From assembly GCA_017694295.1 (NCBI GenBank), contig JADINA010000007.1:5754-69753 (forward strand): DNA of 64,000 nt, given 5' to 3'. The notes beneath the pieces were generated by a model. That model worked only from the letters and a program-made list of their open reading frames with translations, was not told the DNA's origin and made no database searches. Shown piece after piece: positions 37,801-48,037 of this stretch (positions are counted from its first letter, which is position 1; the number at the start of each line of letters is the position of its first letter). The position numbers and the translations under genes were made by a program. Source of the stretch: Candidatus Alloenteromonas pullistercoris. Lineage in GTDB: Bacteria > Bacillota_I > Bacilli_A > RFN20 > CAG-826.

Positions 37801-37937
37801 GGTTTGCTCCTTTCAATGACATTTACAATTCCATCGTCTCCCATCTTCGGAGAATGGCTTATCCAAGTTCAACAAAAGGCAAGGCCCTAAATCCGAGGGT
37901 GGAGGGTTGTTCAATTGGAAAAGCCTCTTCCATCCCG

Positions 37938-38477
37938 CTACCCCTTCGGCATGAACACCAATCGCGTATTTGAGTCTAGAAACCCCAGATCCACGCGCTT
38001 TTCCTTGGTGAACTTCCGCTGCAAAAAGTACATCTCAATGCTGGCGTCCCATGGGTCCCTCCCCTCATAGCCATAGAGGCAGAACACGAGGCTGCCTGCG
38101 ATTTGCCAAAAGGAATATGGCCCCCCGATGTCCGGCCCAAGAACGTTTATCAAGTAATAACCGGTCACCGAACCCTCGGGACTGCCATAGTATTTTTCGC
38201 CGATGAAAAGCTGATTGGCTCCAAGCTCAGACATGACCTCGTCGATAACGAACACGCCCTCGAATTTCTCGATGACGATGCTCGAGTCTGCCCAGGCCGC
38301 GTCATTAGCCGTGCAGTTCACGCCATTCCCTTCGCAGCCGACGTAGGCAAACGTGCCCTCAAATGGGCGGCTGAGCGGATCGTAGGCGACCGAAGGGGCG
38401 CTTAGACCATCGCAGCTTGCCAGGAATGTTCCGATAAGCACAAAGCTTAGCAATCGAAACAATAACCGCATCCGCAC
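37938..38477 (-). CDS. Lipoprotein, unknown function
   Basis: MRMRLLFRLLSFVLIGTFLASCDG lipobox; 179 aa. Confidence 0.5.
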   Translation of the reverse strand: MRMRLLFRLLSFVLIGTFLASCDGLSAPSVAYDPLSRPFEGTFAYVGCEGNGVNCTANDAAWADSSIVIEKFEGVFVIDEVMSELGANQLFIGEKYYGSPEGSVTGYYLINVLGPDIGGPYSFWQIAGSLVFCLYGYEGRDPWDASIEMYFLQRKFTKEKRVDLGFLDSNTRLVFMPKG

Positions 38478-38795
38478 ATCCTCCTAGAAACGCCGCCGGA
38501 ACATTGCCTATATTTGCCTTGCATCCATCCGACCAAATAACCGGAATTTGGCGTTTCGGCCTTATACATTGGCGATGTCTTTAAAGGAAAAAGGCTGAAA
38601 AGCATATTCGCCTACTCCTTTCTTGACTTTTTAAACTTACCAAAAATCACCTCCTAGTCAATAGCAATTCGCAAAAAAGCCTCAGCCGTTTCATAGTCAA
38701 TATACGTTGGCTAGTGCCAAAAACACTTGCAAAAGCCCAGCCACTATTTAAAACTCCCCTCACGCCTTCGCCCCACTATCCCAATTAAGAAGGAT

Positions 38796-38820
38796 AAAAG
38801 AAAACCCGCCGCAAGGCGGG
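38796..38820 (-). terminator. Rho-independent terminator 8 nt after the phosphoribosyltransferase gene
   Basis: Minus strand CCCGCC-ttgc-GGCGGG followed by TTTTCTTTTAT. Confidence 0.55.
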
Positions 38821-38827
38821 CTTCTAT

Positions 38828-39997
38828 TCAATTCATGTCGACCTTCTTCAGCCTGGAAGAGGGGATGTTATGCCTTCCTTCCTTGGCTTCGGGGCGGCCA
38901 TCAAGCTCGACGAGGTCGCCGGTGAAGCCGCAGGTGTCGTTTTTGGTGAGGAAAGTCCCGATGCCGTACATATCCACCGGCACCCCGAGCCTCGTCCATT
39001 CCTCGATCTTCTCCGGGGTAAAGCCGGAGCTCACGACGATCTCGACGTAATCGAAGCCATGGTCGTCAAGCGCCTTCCTAAGCGCAAAGATGAGCTCCTT
39101 GCAAACCCCGTGGGGATCGAATCCGCTGGTATCCTTATCGTCGAAATAATGGTCGATAAGCGATTTCGAGGTGTCGACCCGGATGGCCTTAAGCTTCCTT
39201 CCAAGGTGCTTGGCCAGCGTAATGGCGTCGACCGTGACGTTATTATGGTAATCGATGAGGCAGGTAACCGGGGCGTCGGGGTAGGCCTTTAAATACAAAT
39301 CGGCGGCTGCGCAGACATCGCCCCCGCACACCTCGATGAGGGCATGGGGCATGGTGCCCATCCCCTTTATACCGACCCAGGCCCCTTGGGCGTCGGTGGA
39401 GAAGGCCTTGATGCCCCCGACGTAGGTGGCGTAGCCGTCCCCGGGCTGGGTGAGGTAATCGTCTTGCCTATCGGCCATCGAGAAGGTTCTCGCCCCCCGG
39501 AGGGCCCTGACGGTCCGCATCGTGTTGGTCGCGACCGAGCTGCGCCTAGCCAAGACGGCGTCGATAAGCGACTCAAGGAACCCGAAGTCCTCATAACGCC
39601 CTTTGACCTTGAGCACCGGCTCGTTCGCGTCGATATGATCCCCGTCGTTGAGGGCGTACACCTCAAGTTTATCGGGGTTTACCGCAAACTTCTTCAATAT
39701 GGCGATGCATTCGTCGAGCCCGCACACCATCGCGTCATCGGTCCGCTGAAACCATTGCTCGGTGACGATGTGGCCGGGGGCGAACTTGGCGACGATCTCG
39801 CGCGATTTAAGGAAATAGTTGGCCGAGTAATACCCTTCCCCGATCCGCGGATCGAGCTTGAAGGTCTTGTCGGTGAGGCGGGCGATTTTGCCCTCCTCCT
39901 TCAGTTTTATCTCAAGTTCCTCTTCCATAGGCTCTCTAGGCGAAGTAATCCTCGCCTTCCTCCTTGCTGTTTTCGATATAGGCTTGCTTGCCCTCAT
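38828..39997 (-). CDS. Nicotinate phosphoribosyltransferase-family protein (short, archaeal-type type II PRTase)
   Basis: 389 aa with NAPRTase/quinolinate-PRTase-like core (GMGTMPHALIEV..., RVDTSKSL...); true start may be the internal M at ~39928 directly after the upstream stop. Confidence 0.6.
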   Translation of the reverse strand: MRASKPISKTARRKARITSPREPMEEELEIKLKEEGKIARLTDKTFKLDPRIGEGYYSANYFLKSREIVAKFAPGHIVTEQWFQRTDDAMVCGLDECIAILKKFAVNPDKLEVYALNDGDHIDANEPVLKVKGRYEDFGFLESLIDAVLARRSSVATNTMRTVRALRGARTFSMADRQDDYLTQPGDGYATYVGGIKAFSTDAQGAWVGIKGMGTMPHALIEVCGGDVCAAADLYLKAYPDAPVTCLIDYHNNVTVDAITLAKHLGRKLKAIRVDTSKSLIDHYFDDKDTSGFDPHGVCKELIFALRKALDDHGFDYVEIVVSSGFTPEKIEEWTRLGVPVDMYGIGTFLTKNDTCGFTGDLVELDGRPEAKEGRHNIPSSRLKKVDMN

Positions 39998-40526
39998 CCG
40001 ATGCCTTCAGCTCCAAAGGCGAGCATACTTCGCAGTCGATTGGGATGTTCTTCTCAACCCTAGCCTCGAAGACCGTCCCGTCAAAGCGGTACCCCTCCGT
40101 CTTCACCACGATCTTGTCGCCTACATGGCAATTGGCGTAACGGGTGACGGTCGAGAGGGTTTTGCCCCCAATCGACAAGGTCAATATCCGTGAGGATTCG
40201 AAAACGGGATGCTCCTCCTCCTTGACGATCTTGGCGACCAGGAAATGCGATGATTCGCCATATCCGAAGCCGGCATAGCCTTTGGAGGAAAGCAGCTTCT
40301 CCAACGCGGCTTTATTATCCCCTTTCAAAACGGGGTTAAGGCCCTCGGATAGCTCAAGCCCATGCTCCGAAGGATGCTTCAGGTTGAAGCCAATGGCTTT
40401 ATCGCCATCAAGCAAAGCAAATAGGCCATCGCCAAGGTCTTTGATTTCCTTAGGCTTAGTTAGGCTAAACGACGAATCGGCCAAGAAGGCCTCGTCAAGG
40501 GAAGAATTGTAGAACACGGATTTCAT
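39936..40526 (-). CDS. YtpR-like tRNA-binding protein (B3/B4-like + Myf/EMAP-type tRNA-binding domain)
   Basis: 196 aa; adjacent to trmB as ytpR-trmB(ytmQ) in B. subtilis; C-terminal OB-fold-like VGDKIVVKTEGYRFDG. Confidence 0.5.
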   Translation of the reverse strand: MKSVFYNSSLDEAFLADSSFSLTKPKEIKDLGDGLFALLDGDKAIGFNLKHPSEHGLELSEGLNPVLKGDNKAALEKLLSSKGYAGFGYGESSHFLVAKIVKEEEHPVFESSRILTLSIGGKTLSTVTRYANCHVGDKIVVKTEGYRFDGTVFEARVEKNIPIDCEVCSPLELKASDEGKQAYIENSKEEGEDYFA

Positions 40527-41149
40527 TTGCCTTCCTCCTTTTTAGGGGCGAACACCGCCTTCCTTATGGGGATCCCATAACGGCGGAAATTGGCTTCGTA
40601 TTCGCTTACGGCGTCTTCTTCGCCGACCTGGTAATCCAAGCAGACAAACGCCTCCTCCAGCCCGGCTTGCCTAGCTTGCTCGAGGCTGAATTCGAATAAA
40701 TCGGCGTTGTCGGTCTTAAAGGCGATGGCCCCGCCTTCAGAAAGCAAGGAAGCCATGGCCTTTAGCCTTGGGGCGAAGGTAAGGCGCCTTTTGTGATGCC
40801 TTTTCTTCGGCCAGGGGTCAGGGAAATTGACGAAGATGGTCTTAAACCTCAAGCCCTCCTCGGCGAACTTTGGGCCAAGGAAGTCGAAGTCGCCGGGGGC
40901 GAAGTAAATGCCCGTTGCTTTGGCGTCGAAAGCCTTCCTTCCAGCGGTCGCGAGGACCGAATGGTCGCGGTCGATGGCGAGGTAGCATCCAGGCAATTTG
41001 GAATGCATGGCTAAGGCGAAGTCGCCTTTGCCGCAGCCGATTTCAAGATACAAAGGGCTTTGGCCTTTTAAGAAGGCGAAATCGGCGGGGAAATATTCGG
41101 CGTGGGCCGCCATGAAGGGCTCGGCCCACTTCTTCTTCCGCGAGCGCAT
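40523..41149 (-). CDS. trmB: tRNA (guanine46-N7)-methyltransferase
   Basis: SAM motif LEIGCGKGDF, 208 aa, TrmB fold. Confidence 0.85.
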   Translation of the reverse strand: MRSRKKKWAEPFMAAHAEYFPADFAFLKGQSPLYLEIGCGKGDFALAMHSKLPGCYLAIDRDHSVLATAGRKAFDAKATGIYFAPGDFDFLGPKFAEEGLRFKTIFVNFPDPWPKKRHHKRRLTFAPRLKAMASLLSEGGAIAFKTDNADLFEFSLEQARQAGLEEAFVCLDYQVGEEDAVSEYEANFRRYGIPIRKAVFAPKKEEGK

Positions 41150-41150
41150 C

Positions 41151-42536
41151 TTACTTGCCCTTGTTCTCCTTTAGCTGCCCTAGGCGGTAGATCGCGTCGG
41201 CGTAGATGGCGATCTGGGCGAGGAAATCGCTTATGTAAATATATTCGTTGGGCGCGTGGATGTCGCCGGGATGGCCTTTAAAGGCCGAGCCGTAGGCGAC
41301 GGTGTTTTTCGCTTCCTTGGCATAAGTCCCGCCGCCGATGGCTAGCGGCTTATCGAAGTAGCGATGGGTCATGTGCTTATAGCTCTTCATTAGAGTTGAG
41401 ACAAGCGGCGACTTCTTGTCGAACAATAGGCAGTCGGCTTTCGAGGAGGATTTGAAATCCATGGTGGCGTAATCAGCGAGTTTCTTGGTCGAGGCCTCCC
41501 CATCGACCCCTTCGCCATAGCGGTAATCGACCGAGATGGAGAGATTTTGCTTTGAATCGTATTTGACGACCCCGAAGCAATACGTACCCTTCCCGAGTTC
41601 CTTCGAGCAGGAAGCGGCCCCCCAAAGCGACCCGTCATGGCAAGCGCAAAGCAACCCGAGCTTGCTAAGCAAGGGCTTATCGAGCGCTTCTCCCAAGGCC
41701 GTAAATGCCTTCGAAGCCGCCGAGACGCCAAGTTCCGGAGTTGAGGCGTGGGCGCTTTTGCCCTTGAAGCAGGCGATAGCGATGTCCCCAGCCTCCGAGT
41801 AGTCGCCAAGGGTTTTGTCGGCTTCGAACATCTTTTTGAGGCGGTCGGACTTCGGCAAGGTTACGTAAACCTTGTCGCAGACGGCGTTAAGGGCGCTCCC
41901 CCCTTCGATGGCGACGATCGGGGAAAGGTCGACTTTCTTTTCCAAATATCCGTGGATGATGGCCTTTTCGGCGTAGATGAGGGGGAAATCGGCGTCGGGG
42001 GTGAAGCCGTAATCGGCCTGCTCCTTCTTCCCTTTTGCGAAATAGCTTTCCAAACAGGAGGAGCCGCGCTCCTCATCCCCGCCGGCGACTAACCTCACCC
42101 GGTACCCGTCGATGAGCCCGGCGTCTTTGAGGAGCTTGATCGCGTAATAGGCGGCCACAAGCGGGCCTTTGTCGTCGCTGGCCCCACGTCCGTAAAGCTT
42201 CCTTTCCTTCCCCTCACCCTCTATTTTGGCCCCAAAAGGCGGGTAATCCCATTTCCCGGTGGCCGGGACGACGTCGAGGTGGGCGTAAACCCCGACTAGG
42301 GGGCCTTGCTCGCCAAAGCTCACCTCGGCGCAGCGGTTTAATGTCTTCTCGACTTTGAAGCCATGCTCCTTGGAAAGCTTAAGCAAGGCGTCAAGAGCCC
42401 TATCGACCCCTTTGCCATAGGGGGTATTGGGCGAAACGGTCTTTGGGTCGAAGGTTGAGTCGATCTTGACAAGCTCTTGGAGGGTGAGAATGGCGTTTTT
42501 TTCGTAATTCCTGGCTAACTTTTTGAAATTCGGCAT
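41151..42536 (-). CDS. M20-family dipeptidase (PepV/Sapep-like)
   Basis: 461 aa; M20 metal-ligand motifs (HLDVVP, GASDDKG, GGDEERG). Confidence 0.8.
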   Translation of the reverse strand: MPNFKKLARNYEKNAILTLQELVKIDSTFDPKTVSPNTPYGKGVDRALDALLKLSKEHGFKVEKTLNRCAEVSFGEQGPLVGVYAHLDVVPATGKWDYPPFGAKIEGEGKERKLYGRGASDDKGPLVAAYYAIKLLKDAGLIDGYRVRLVAGGDEERGSSCLESYFAKGKKEQADYGFTPDADFPLIYAEKAIIHGYLEKKVDLSPIVAIEGGSALNAVCDKVYVTLPKSDRLKKMFEADKTLGDYSEAGDIAIACFKGKSAHASTPELGVSAASKAFTALGEALDKPLLSKLGLLCACHDGSLWGAASCSKELGKGTYCFGVVKYDSKQNLSISVDYRYGEGVDGEASTKKLADYATMDFKSSSKADCLLFDKKSPLVSTLMKSYKHMTHRYFDKPLAIGGGTYAKEAKNTVAYGSAFKGHPGDIHAPNEYIYISDFLAQIAIYADAIYRLGQLKENKGK

Positions 42537-42548
42537 AAACGATGTCCT

Positions 42549-43262
42549 TTAGCGCGCGGCGCTTTCCTTCCTTCCCCCAGTAGCTTTGCTTATGGCGAGG
42601 CAAAGCGAGGGCGTGATGGCCCCAGCCAGCGCCATCTCCCCAAGCGCCCCCAAGCCGATGCAGGCGAGGAAGGTGAGGGCCGTCCCCTGGGCCACCGGGG
42701 AGGTGGAGGAGAGGAAGCCGGTTACCTCGTTGGGGTAGAAGATGTAGAGGGTGAGGAAGACGAGCAAGGTGTGGAACAGGGTGAGCCCGCACGATGCCAA
42801 GCCTAAGTATAGGCCTTTGGCCCGGCTTTTTGAAACTTTCCTTATAAAGGAAAAGGCGAGCCCGGCGAAAAAGCCGAAAAGGACCCGGGGCGGGATGGCG
42901 GTCCAGGGGACGGCGAAAAGGAGGTTGAACCCGCTTCCCTGCAGCAATGCCTGCAAATACGAGCATAGCCCGAACACCAAGCCATAGATGGCCCCGCGCT
43001 TGGCCCCGAATAGGCAAGCGCCCACGAGGACGGGGATGTGAAGCAGGGTGAAGGAGATGAAGGGGGTGACGAAGATGAAGCCCATGTTGGGCACGAAGGT
43101 CATGATGATGAGGAGAGCGATGATGACGGCATCGTAGGCCATTTGGCGGACAAAAGCGTGGCCCTCCCGCTTGGCGGGGAAGAAGGCGGAAAAGATGGCG
43201 AAGGTCGAAAGCAAAAGCAGGCAAAGCAAGACGAGCCCGGCGACTTCTAAGGCGTTATTCAC
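42549..43262 (-). CDS. ECF-transporter S-component-like membrane protein (possibly pantothenate-related, next to coaX)
   Basis: 237 aa, 6 TM, S-component-like helices; overlaps coaX by 8 nt. Confidence 0.4.
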   Translation of the reverse strand: MNNALEVAGLVLLCLLLLSTFAIFSAFFPAKREGHAFVRQMAYDAVIIALLIIMTFVPNMGFIFVTPFISFTLLHIPVLVGACLFGAKRGAIYGLVFGLCSYLQALLQGSGFNLLFAVPWTAIPPRVLFGFFAGLAFSFIRKVSKSRAKGLYLGLASCGLTLFHTLLVFLTLYIFYPNEVTGFLSSTSPVAQGTALTFLACIGLGALGEMALAGAITPSLCLAISKATGGRKESAAR

Positions 43263-44043
43263 CTTTGTTCCTCCTATATATCGAATAAAGGCCGGTTAAG
43301 ACAAGGTCGCGGTCGAAAAGATAATCGGGCAGAAGGCCATCGACCTTCTCCGCATATCCCCCGGTGAGAAGAAACAAAGGGTCTTGGAGGTGAGCCGCGA
43401 TCTTCGCGCCGATCTCCTTGATGGCGGCGGCGGTCCCATAAAGGATGCCGGAATCGATGGCGTCAACCGTATTGCGGCCAAGCGGATCGGGGGGGAGAGT
43501 AAGCCCGACTAGGGGCAAAGCGGCCGTCTGCAGGCTAAGCGACTCGGCCGACATCCCAACCCCGGGGAAGATCGATACCCCGATGAAGCCGCGCTGCAAA
43601 GAAAAGCCGATCACCTTGGTCGCGGTCCCCAAATCGGCGATGACGCAGTCGCGATCGTATTTGGCTTTGGCTCCGGCGCAGGAGGCGACTAAGTCGTTGC
43701 CGACCTCGCTTGGGACCGGGACGTCGATCCTGACCCCGGTTTTGAGCTTTTGCCCCATCACCAAAGGGCTCACCCCGAATAGGGCGGGGATGGCTTTGGA
43801 ATAAACCTCGGTTAGAGGCGGGACGACGGAGCAAAGGATGGCCCCGGTAATATCGGACTTTTCTATGCCTAACTGCCCAAGCAAAAGGGAGAGTGAGGCT
43901 TTGGCCTCGTCCTCCGTCCTCCCCTTTTCCTTGAACCGGGCGACTTTAAAAGGCTTCCCCGGTTCGTGGAAGCCCATGTCGGTGAGGGTGTTCCCCACGT
44001 CTAATGTCAAAATCATATGCGCTTTCTCCGGCTTCGGCCCCAT
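43255..44043 (-). CDS. coaX: Type III pantothenate kinase
   Basis: MILTLDVGNTLTDMGF N-terminus, ASKHA fold, 262 aa. Confidence 0.85.
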   Translation of the reverse strand: MGPKPEKAHMILTLDVGNTLTDMGFHEPGKPFKVARFKEKGRTEDEAKASLSLLLGQLGIEKSDITGAILCSVVPPLTEVYSKAIPALFGVSPLVMGQKLKTGVRIDVPVPSEVGNDLVASCAGAKAKYDRDCVIADLGTATKVIGFSLQRGFIGVSIFPGVGMSAESLSLQTAALPLVGLTLPPDPLGRNTVDAIDSGILYGTAAAIKEIGAKIAAHLQDPLFLLTGGYAEKVDGLLPDYLFDRDLVLTGLYSIYRRNKGE

Positions 44044-44092
44044 CGCTTTGGGTGCCTAGCGGGCAAAGCATAAACCAAGGGGAGGGAAAGGG

Positions 44093-46504
44093 TCAAGCGA
44101 GGACGAGGTTGAGGATCCGCCCCTTGACGTAGATGACCTTCTTTATGGATTTCCCCGTTAGATATGGGGCGATCTTGGAAGAGGAGGAAGCCAGTTTCAC
44201 CGCCTCTTCCTCGGTGGCGTCGACGGGCAAGACGATGACGTCGCGGGTCTTCCCGTTTATCGAGACGGCGACCTTCTTGGCCTTAACCTGAAGATTAGCC
44301 GGGTCAAAGGAAGGCCAGGGCTCGTAGGTCAATAGGCCCTCATGCCCAAGCCGATTCCACATCTCCTCGCCCACGAACGGGCAAAGGCAGGAGAATATCT
44401 TGACGAAGCCCTCGAAATAGGGCTTATAAACCTTCTCGGATTTATAGCATTCGTTGATGAAGACCATAAGGGCGCTTACGGCCGTGTTGAAGGCAAGGGA
44501 TTCGTAGTCCTCGGTGCATTTTTTGACCATCGCCGCGTAGGCAAAATCGAGCTTGCCGTCGTTTTCCTCGGCTAGCTTAGAGGAAAGCTCGGGGTCATCG
44601 ACGAAGCGGAAGCACCGCTCGATGAAGCGCTTGCTCCCGTCTAGCCCGGAGGTCGACCAGGGCTTGGCCTCCTCTAGCGGCCCGGCGAACATCTCGAAAA
44701 GGCGGAGCGAATCGGCCCCGTGGGACTTGACTATGTCGTCTGGGTTGACGACGTTGCCCCGCGACTTCGACATCTTCTCCCCGTTGGCCCCGAGTATCAT
44801 CCCCTGGTGGAAAAGACGCTTGAAGGGCTCAGGGCAATTGACTATTCCAAGGTCAAAGAGGAATTTGTGCCAGAAGCGGGCATAAAGAAGATGCAAGACG
44901 GCGTGCTCGGCCCCGCCGACGTAAAGATCGACGGGAAGCCAGTGGTCGAGCAATTCCTTGTCGCCTAGGCAGGAATCGTTATGGGGATCGATGTAGCGGA
45001 TGTAATACCAGCAAGAGCCGGCCCATTGGGGCATGGTGTTGGTTTCCCTTTCCCCGCGCCTTCCGTCTTTGGCGACGTAATCGAGCCATTCTTTCGGCGC
45101 TTTGCTTAGCGGCGGCTTGCCGTCTTTGCTTGGGGTATAGGAATCCAAGGCAGGGAGGGTGAGGGGGAGCTCATCCTCGGGAAGGGGGTATTCGGTCCCA
45201 TCCTCTAGCCTCACCACCGGGATCGGCTCGCCCCAATAACGCTGCCTGGAGAATATCCAGTCGCGCAGCTTGTAGTTGGTGACCTTCCTCCCTTTGCCAA
45301 GCTCCTCGAGCTTTTTGACGACCGCGGCTTTGGCCTGCTCATTGCTTAGCCCATCGGCAAAGGAGGAATTCATATGCCTCCCATCGCCTTCATAAGCCGA
45401 GGTGGAGATGTCGCCCTCGACGACTTGGATTAAGGGGAGGCCATGCTTTTTGGCGAATTCGTAATCGCGACTATCATGGGCCGGGACGGCCATGACAGCC
45501 CCCGAGCCATATCCGCCCAACACGTAATCGGCGACGTAGATTGGCACTTCCCTCCCGTTTATCGGGTTGATGGCGTAGGCCCCGGTGAAGACGCCGGTCT
45601 TCTCCTTTATGGCCTCCTTGCTCCTATTGAGGTCGCTTCTCGATTTGGCCTTTTCGATATAGGCGCTTACCGCCTCCTCCTCCTTTTCCCCGACTATGGA
45701 GGAAAGAAGGGGATGCTCGGGGGCGAGGCAGCAATAAGTGCAGCCGAAGAGGGTGTCGGCCCGGGTGGTGAAGACCTTGAAGGAGGCATCCGTCCCTTTG
45801 ACGGAGAATTCGATTTCGGCCCCGATCGACTTGCCGATCCAGTTTTTCTGCATGTCGAGGGTCGAGGCGGGCCAATCCAACAGCTTAAGGTCCTCCTCGA
45901 GGCGGTCGGCGTAGGCGGTGATTCTAAGCATCCATTGCCTCATCGGCATCCGGATGACCGGGTAGCCGCCCCGCTCGGAAAGCCCGTCTTTGACCTCCTC
46001 GTTGGCTAGTACGGTCCCAAGCTCGGGGCAATAGTTGACCGGGACGTCGGAGACGTAGGCCAGATCGCTTTCTAGCATCTTGGTGAATATCCACTGGGTC
46101 CACTTGTAATAGGAGGGGTCGATGGTGGCGAATTCCTTGCTCCAGTCGTAGGAAAAGCCAAGGTCCTGGATCTGCTTTTTGAAATGGGCGATGTTCTTCC
46201 TGGTGAACTCCTCGGGGTGGACGTTGTTTTTGATGGCGAATTGCTCCGCCGGCAGCCCAAAGGCGTCCCAGCCCATCGGGTGGAGGACGTTAAAGCCCTG
46301 CATCCTCTTCATCCTGGCGATGACGTCTGTCGCGGTGTAGCCCTCCGGGTGGCCGACGTGGAGCCCCTGCCCCGAGGGATAGGGAAACATGTCGAGGACG
46401 TAGTATTTGGGTTTGGAGAAGTCGCGGGTGTCGCAATGGAAGGCGTCCTTTTCCTCCCAAACCCGCTTCCACTTGTTCTCAATGGAGGCGAAATCGTAGC
46501 TCAT
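44093..46504 (-). CDS. leuS: Leucine--tRNA ligase
   Basis: HIGH-type [13 protein letters not shown] (KMSKSRGN), CP1 editing domain; 803 aa. Confidence 0.97.
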   Translation of the reverse strand: MSYDFASIENKWKRVWEEKDAFHCDTRDFSKPKYYVLDMFPYPSGQGLHVGHPEGYTATDVIARMKRMQGFNVLHPMGWDAFGLPAEQFAIKNNVHPEEFTRKNIAHFKKQIQDLGFSYDWSKEFATIDPSYYKWTQWIFTKMLESDLAYVSDVPVNYCPELGTVLANEEVKDGLSERGGYPVIRMPMRQWMLRITAYADRLEEDLKLLDWPASTLDMQKNWIGKSIGAEIEFSVKGTDASFKVFTTRADTLFGCTYCCLAPEHPLLSSIVGEKEEEAVSAYIEKAKSRSDLNRSKEAIKEKTGVFTGAYAINPINGREVPIYVADYVLGGYGSGAVMAVPAHDSRDYEFAKKHGLPLIQVVEGDISTSAYEGDGRHMNSSFADGLSNEQAKAAVVKKLEELGKGRKVTNYKLRDWIFSRQRYWGEPIPVVRLEDGTEYPLPEDELPLTLPALDSYTPSKDGKPPLSKAPKEWLDYVAKDGRRGERETNTMPQWAGSCWYYIRYIDPHNDSCLGDKELLDHWLPVDLYVGGAEHAVLHLLYARFWHKFLFDLGIVNCPEPFKRLFHQGMILGANGEKMSKSRGNVVNPDDIVKSHGADSLRLFEMFAGPLEEAKPWSTSGLDGSKRFIERCFRFVDDPELSSKLAEENDGKLDFAYAAMVKKCTEDYESLAFNTAVSALMVFINECYKSEKVYKPYFEGFVKIFSCLCPFVGEEMWNRLGHEGLLTYEPWPSFDPANLQVKAKKVAVSINGKTRDVIVLPVDATEEEAVKLASSSSKIAPYLTGKSIKKVIYVKGRILNLVLA

Positions 46505-46512
46505 ACGTGGCG

Positions 46513-46540
46513 ATTATAGCCTTTAAGGCTAATTTGCTAA
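46513..46540 (-). promoter_or_regulatory. leuS promoter (-35 TTAGCA, 16-nt spacer, -10 TATAAT) only 8 nt from the start codon
   Basis: Minus strand reads TTAGCA aattagccttaaaggc TATAAT cgccacgt ATG; no Shine-Dalgarno. Confidence 0.45.
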
Positions 46541-46554
46541 AGGGGGAGTTAAGG

Positions 46555-46594
46555 CAAAAGACAAAAGCCCCCCGCCTAAGCAGGCGAAGGGGCC
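46555..46594 (-). terminator. glgA terminator
   Basis: Minus strand GCCCCttCGCCT-gctt-AGGCGgGGGGC followed by TTTTGTCTTTTG. Confidence 0.55.
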
Positions 46595-46603
46595 AATTGC
46601 CTT

Positions 46604-48037
46604 TTAGCGGCTATAGATGTCGAGGTACTCGGCGGCGGCCTTCTTCCATGAATGGTCGGCTTTCATGGCGTTGCGCCGCATCTTGAGCAGCTTCCCCTTG
46701 TCCTCATATACCTCATAGGCCCGGCTCACGCCGTATCGGAGCCCGCCGAGGTCGTAATCGTTGAAGATGAAGCCGGTCGGCTCCTTGGAGGAGGAGGGAT
46801 CCTCGACCGTGTCGGGCAGCCCGCCGACCCGCCTTACTATCGGCAGGGTCCCGTAGCGCATCGCGACCATCTGCCCGATGCCGCAAGGCTCGAACAGGCT
46901 CGGCATCAGGAAGAAATCGGCCCCGGAGTAGATGAGGTGGGCCCTTTCGTTGGAATAGCCGATGTAGATGCAAACCGATTCGGGATAGTCCCGCCTAAGG
47001 GCCTCAAGCCCCTGCTCCAAGCCGTATTCGCCAGAGCCAAGGACGAATAGATACCCCCCGGCTTCGGCAATCTCGCGGCCAAGGGAGAGCACGAGGTCGA
47101 TGCCCTTTTGGTAGGTGAGGCGGCTCACCAGCCCGAATACCGGGCCCCCGTTATCGGGGAAGAGGGCGACGTCGAATAGCCTCTTCCGGCATTCCCTTTT
47201 GCCCGAGGTGACGTTGGTATAGGAGAAGTTTTTGTATATAAGCGGGTCGCGGAGGGGATCCCATTCGTCGTAGTCGATGCCGTTAACGATCCCGGAGAAG
47301 GCCTCTCCCTTCATCCGCAACACGCCATCTAGGCCGAACCCGCCTTCGGGGGTCAAAAGCTCCTTGGCGTGGTTGGGGGAGACGGTCGTCACGTAATCGC
47401 TATAGACGATGCCGGTCTTAAGGGTCGAGACCATCCCCTCGAAGCGGACTTTGCCGTTAAAGTAAAGCTCGTCGGGGAGCTCGTAGAAATCGCGGAGGAA
47501 GTAACGGTCGATTATGCCCTTGAAGGCCGGGTTATGGATGGTGAAGACGAACTTGGCCTTCGAAAAAGTCGGGTCGAAGCCGTTTTGCTCCCTCACCAAG
47601 CAGGGGATCATCCCGGTTTGCCAGTCATGGCAATGGATGACGTCGGGGACAAAGCCGATGTAGCCGAATAGCCCCCTAGCGGCGGTTTGGAAGAAGGCGA
47701 AGCGCTCGCCATCGTCCATATAGCCGTAAAGCGAGCTGCGCCCAAAGTAGTAGCGGTTGTCCAATAAGTAATAGGAGATGCCGTCGATCTGGGTGGAGTA
47801 AACGTCGCAGTTGGCGTGGCGCCAGCTTAGGCTCACCCCGTAGGAGCCGCGGTAGGCGAACTTGCCGCCTTTGGCCCTTATCGACTGGTAGAAGGGGAGG
47901 ATGCAGATGACCTCGTGTCCGAGCTTGGAAAGCTCCTTGGAAAGGGAGTAGACGACGTCGGCCAGCCCCCCGGATTTGGCAAGCGGATTGATCTCGCTCG
48001 CGATCATGGCGATATTCATGTTTTGACCTCTACTCAC
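46604..48037 (-). CDS. glgA: Glycogen synthase
   Basis: N-terminal IASEINPLAKSGGLADVV (KTGGL-type motif), GT-B fold, 477 aa. Confidence 0.9.
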   Translation of the reverse strand: MSRGQNMNIAMIASEINPLAKSGGLADVVYSLSKELSKLGHEVICILPFYQSIRAKGGKFAYRGSYGVSLSWRHANCDVYSTQIDGISYYLLDNRYYFGRSSLYGYMDDGERFAFFQTAARGLFGYIGFVPDVIHCHDWQTGMIPCLVREQNGFDPTFSKAKFVFTIHNPAFKGIIDRYFLRDFYELPDELYFNGKVRFEGMVSTLKTGIVYSDYVTTVSPNHAKELLTPEGGFGLDGVLRMKGEAFSGIVNGIDYDEWDPLRDPLIYKNFSYTNVTSGKRECRKRLFDVALFPDNGGPVFGLVSRLTYQKGIDLVLSLGREIAEAGGYLFVLGSGEYGLEQGLEALRRDYPESVCIYIGYSNERAHLIYSGADFFLMPSLFEPCGIGQMVAMRYGTLPIVRRVGGLPDTVEDPSSSKEPTGFIFNDYDLGGLRYGVSRAYEVYEDKGKLLKMRRNAMKADHSWKKAAAEYLDIYSR

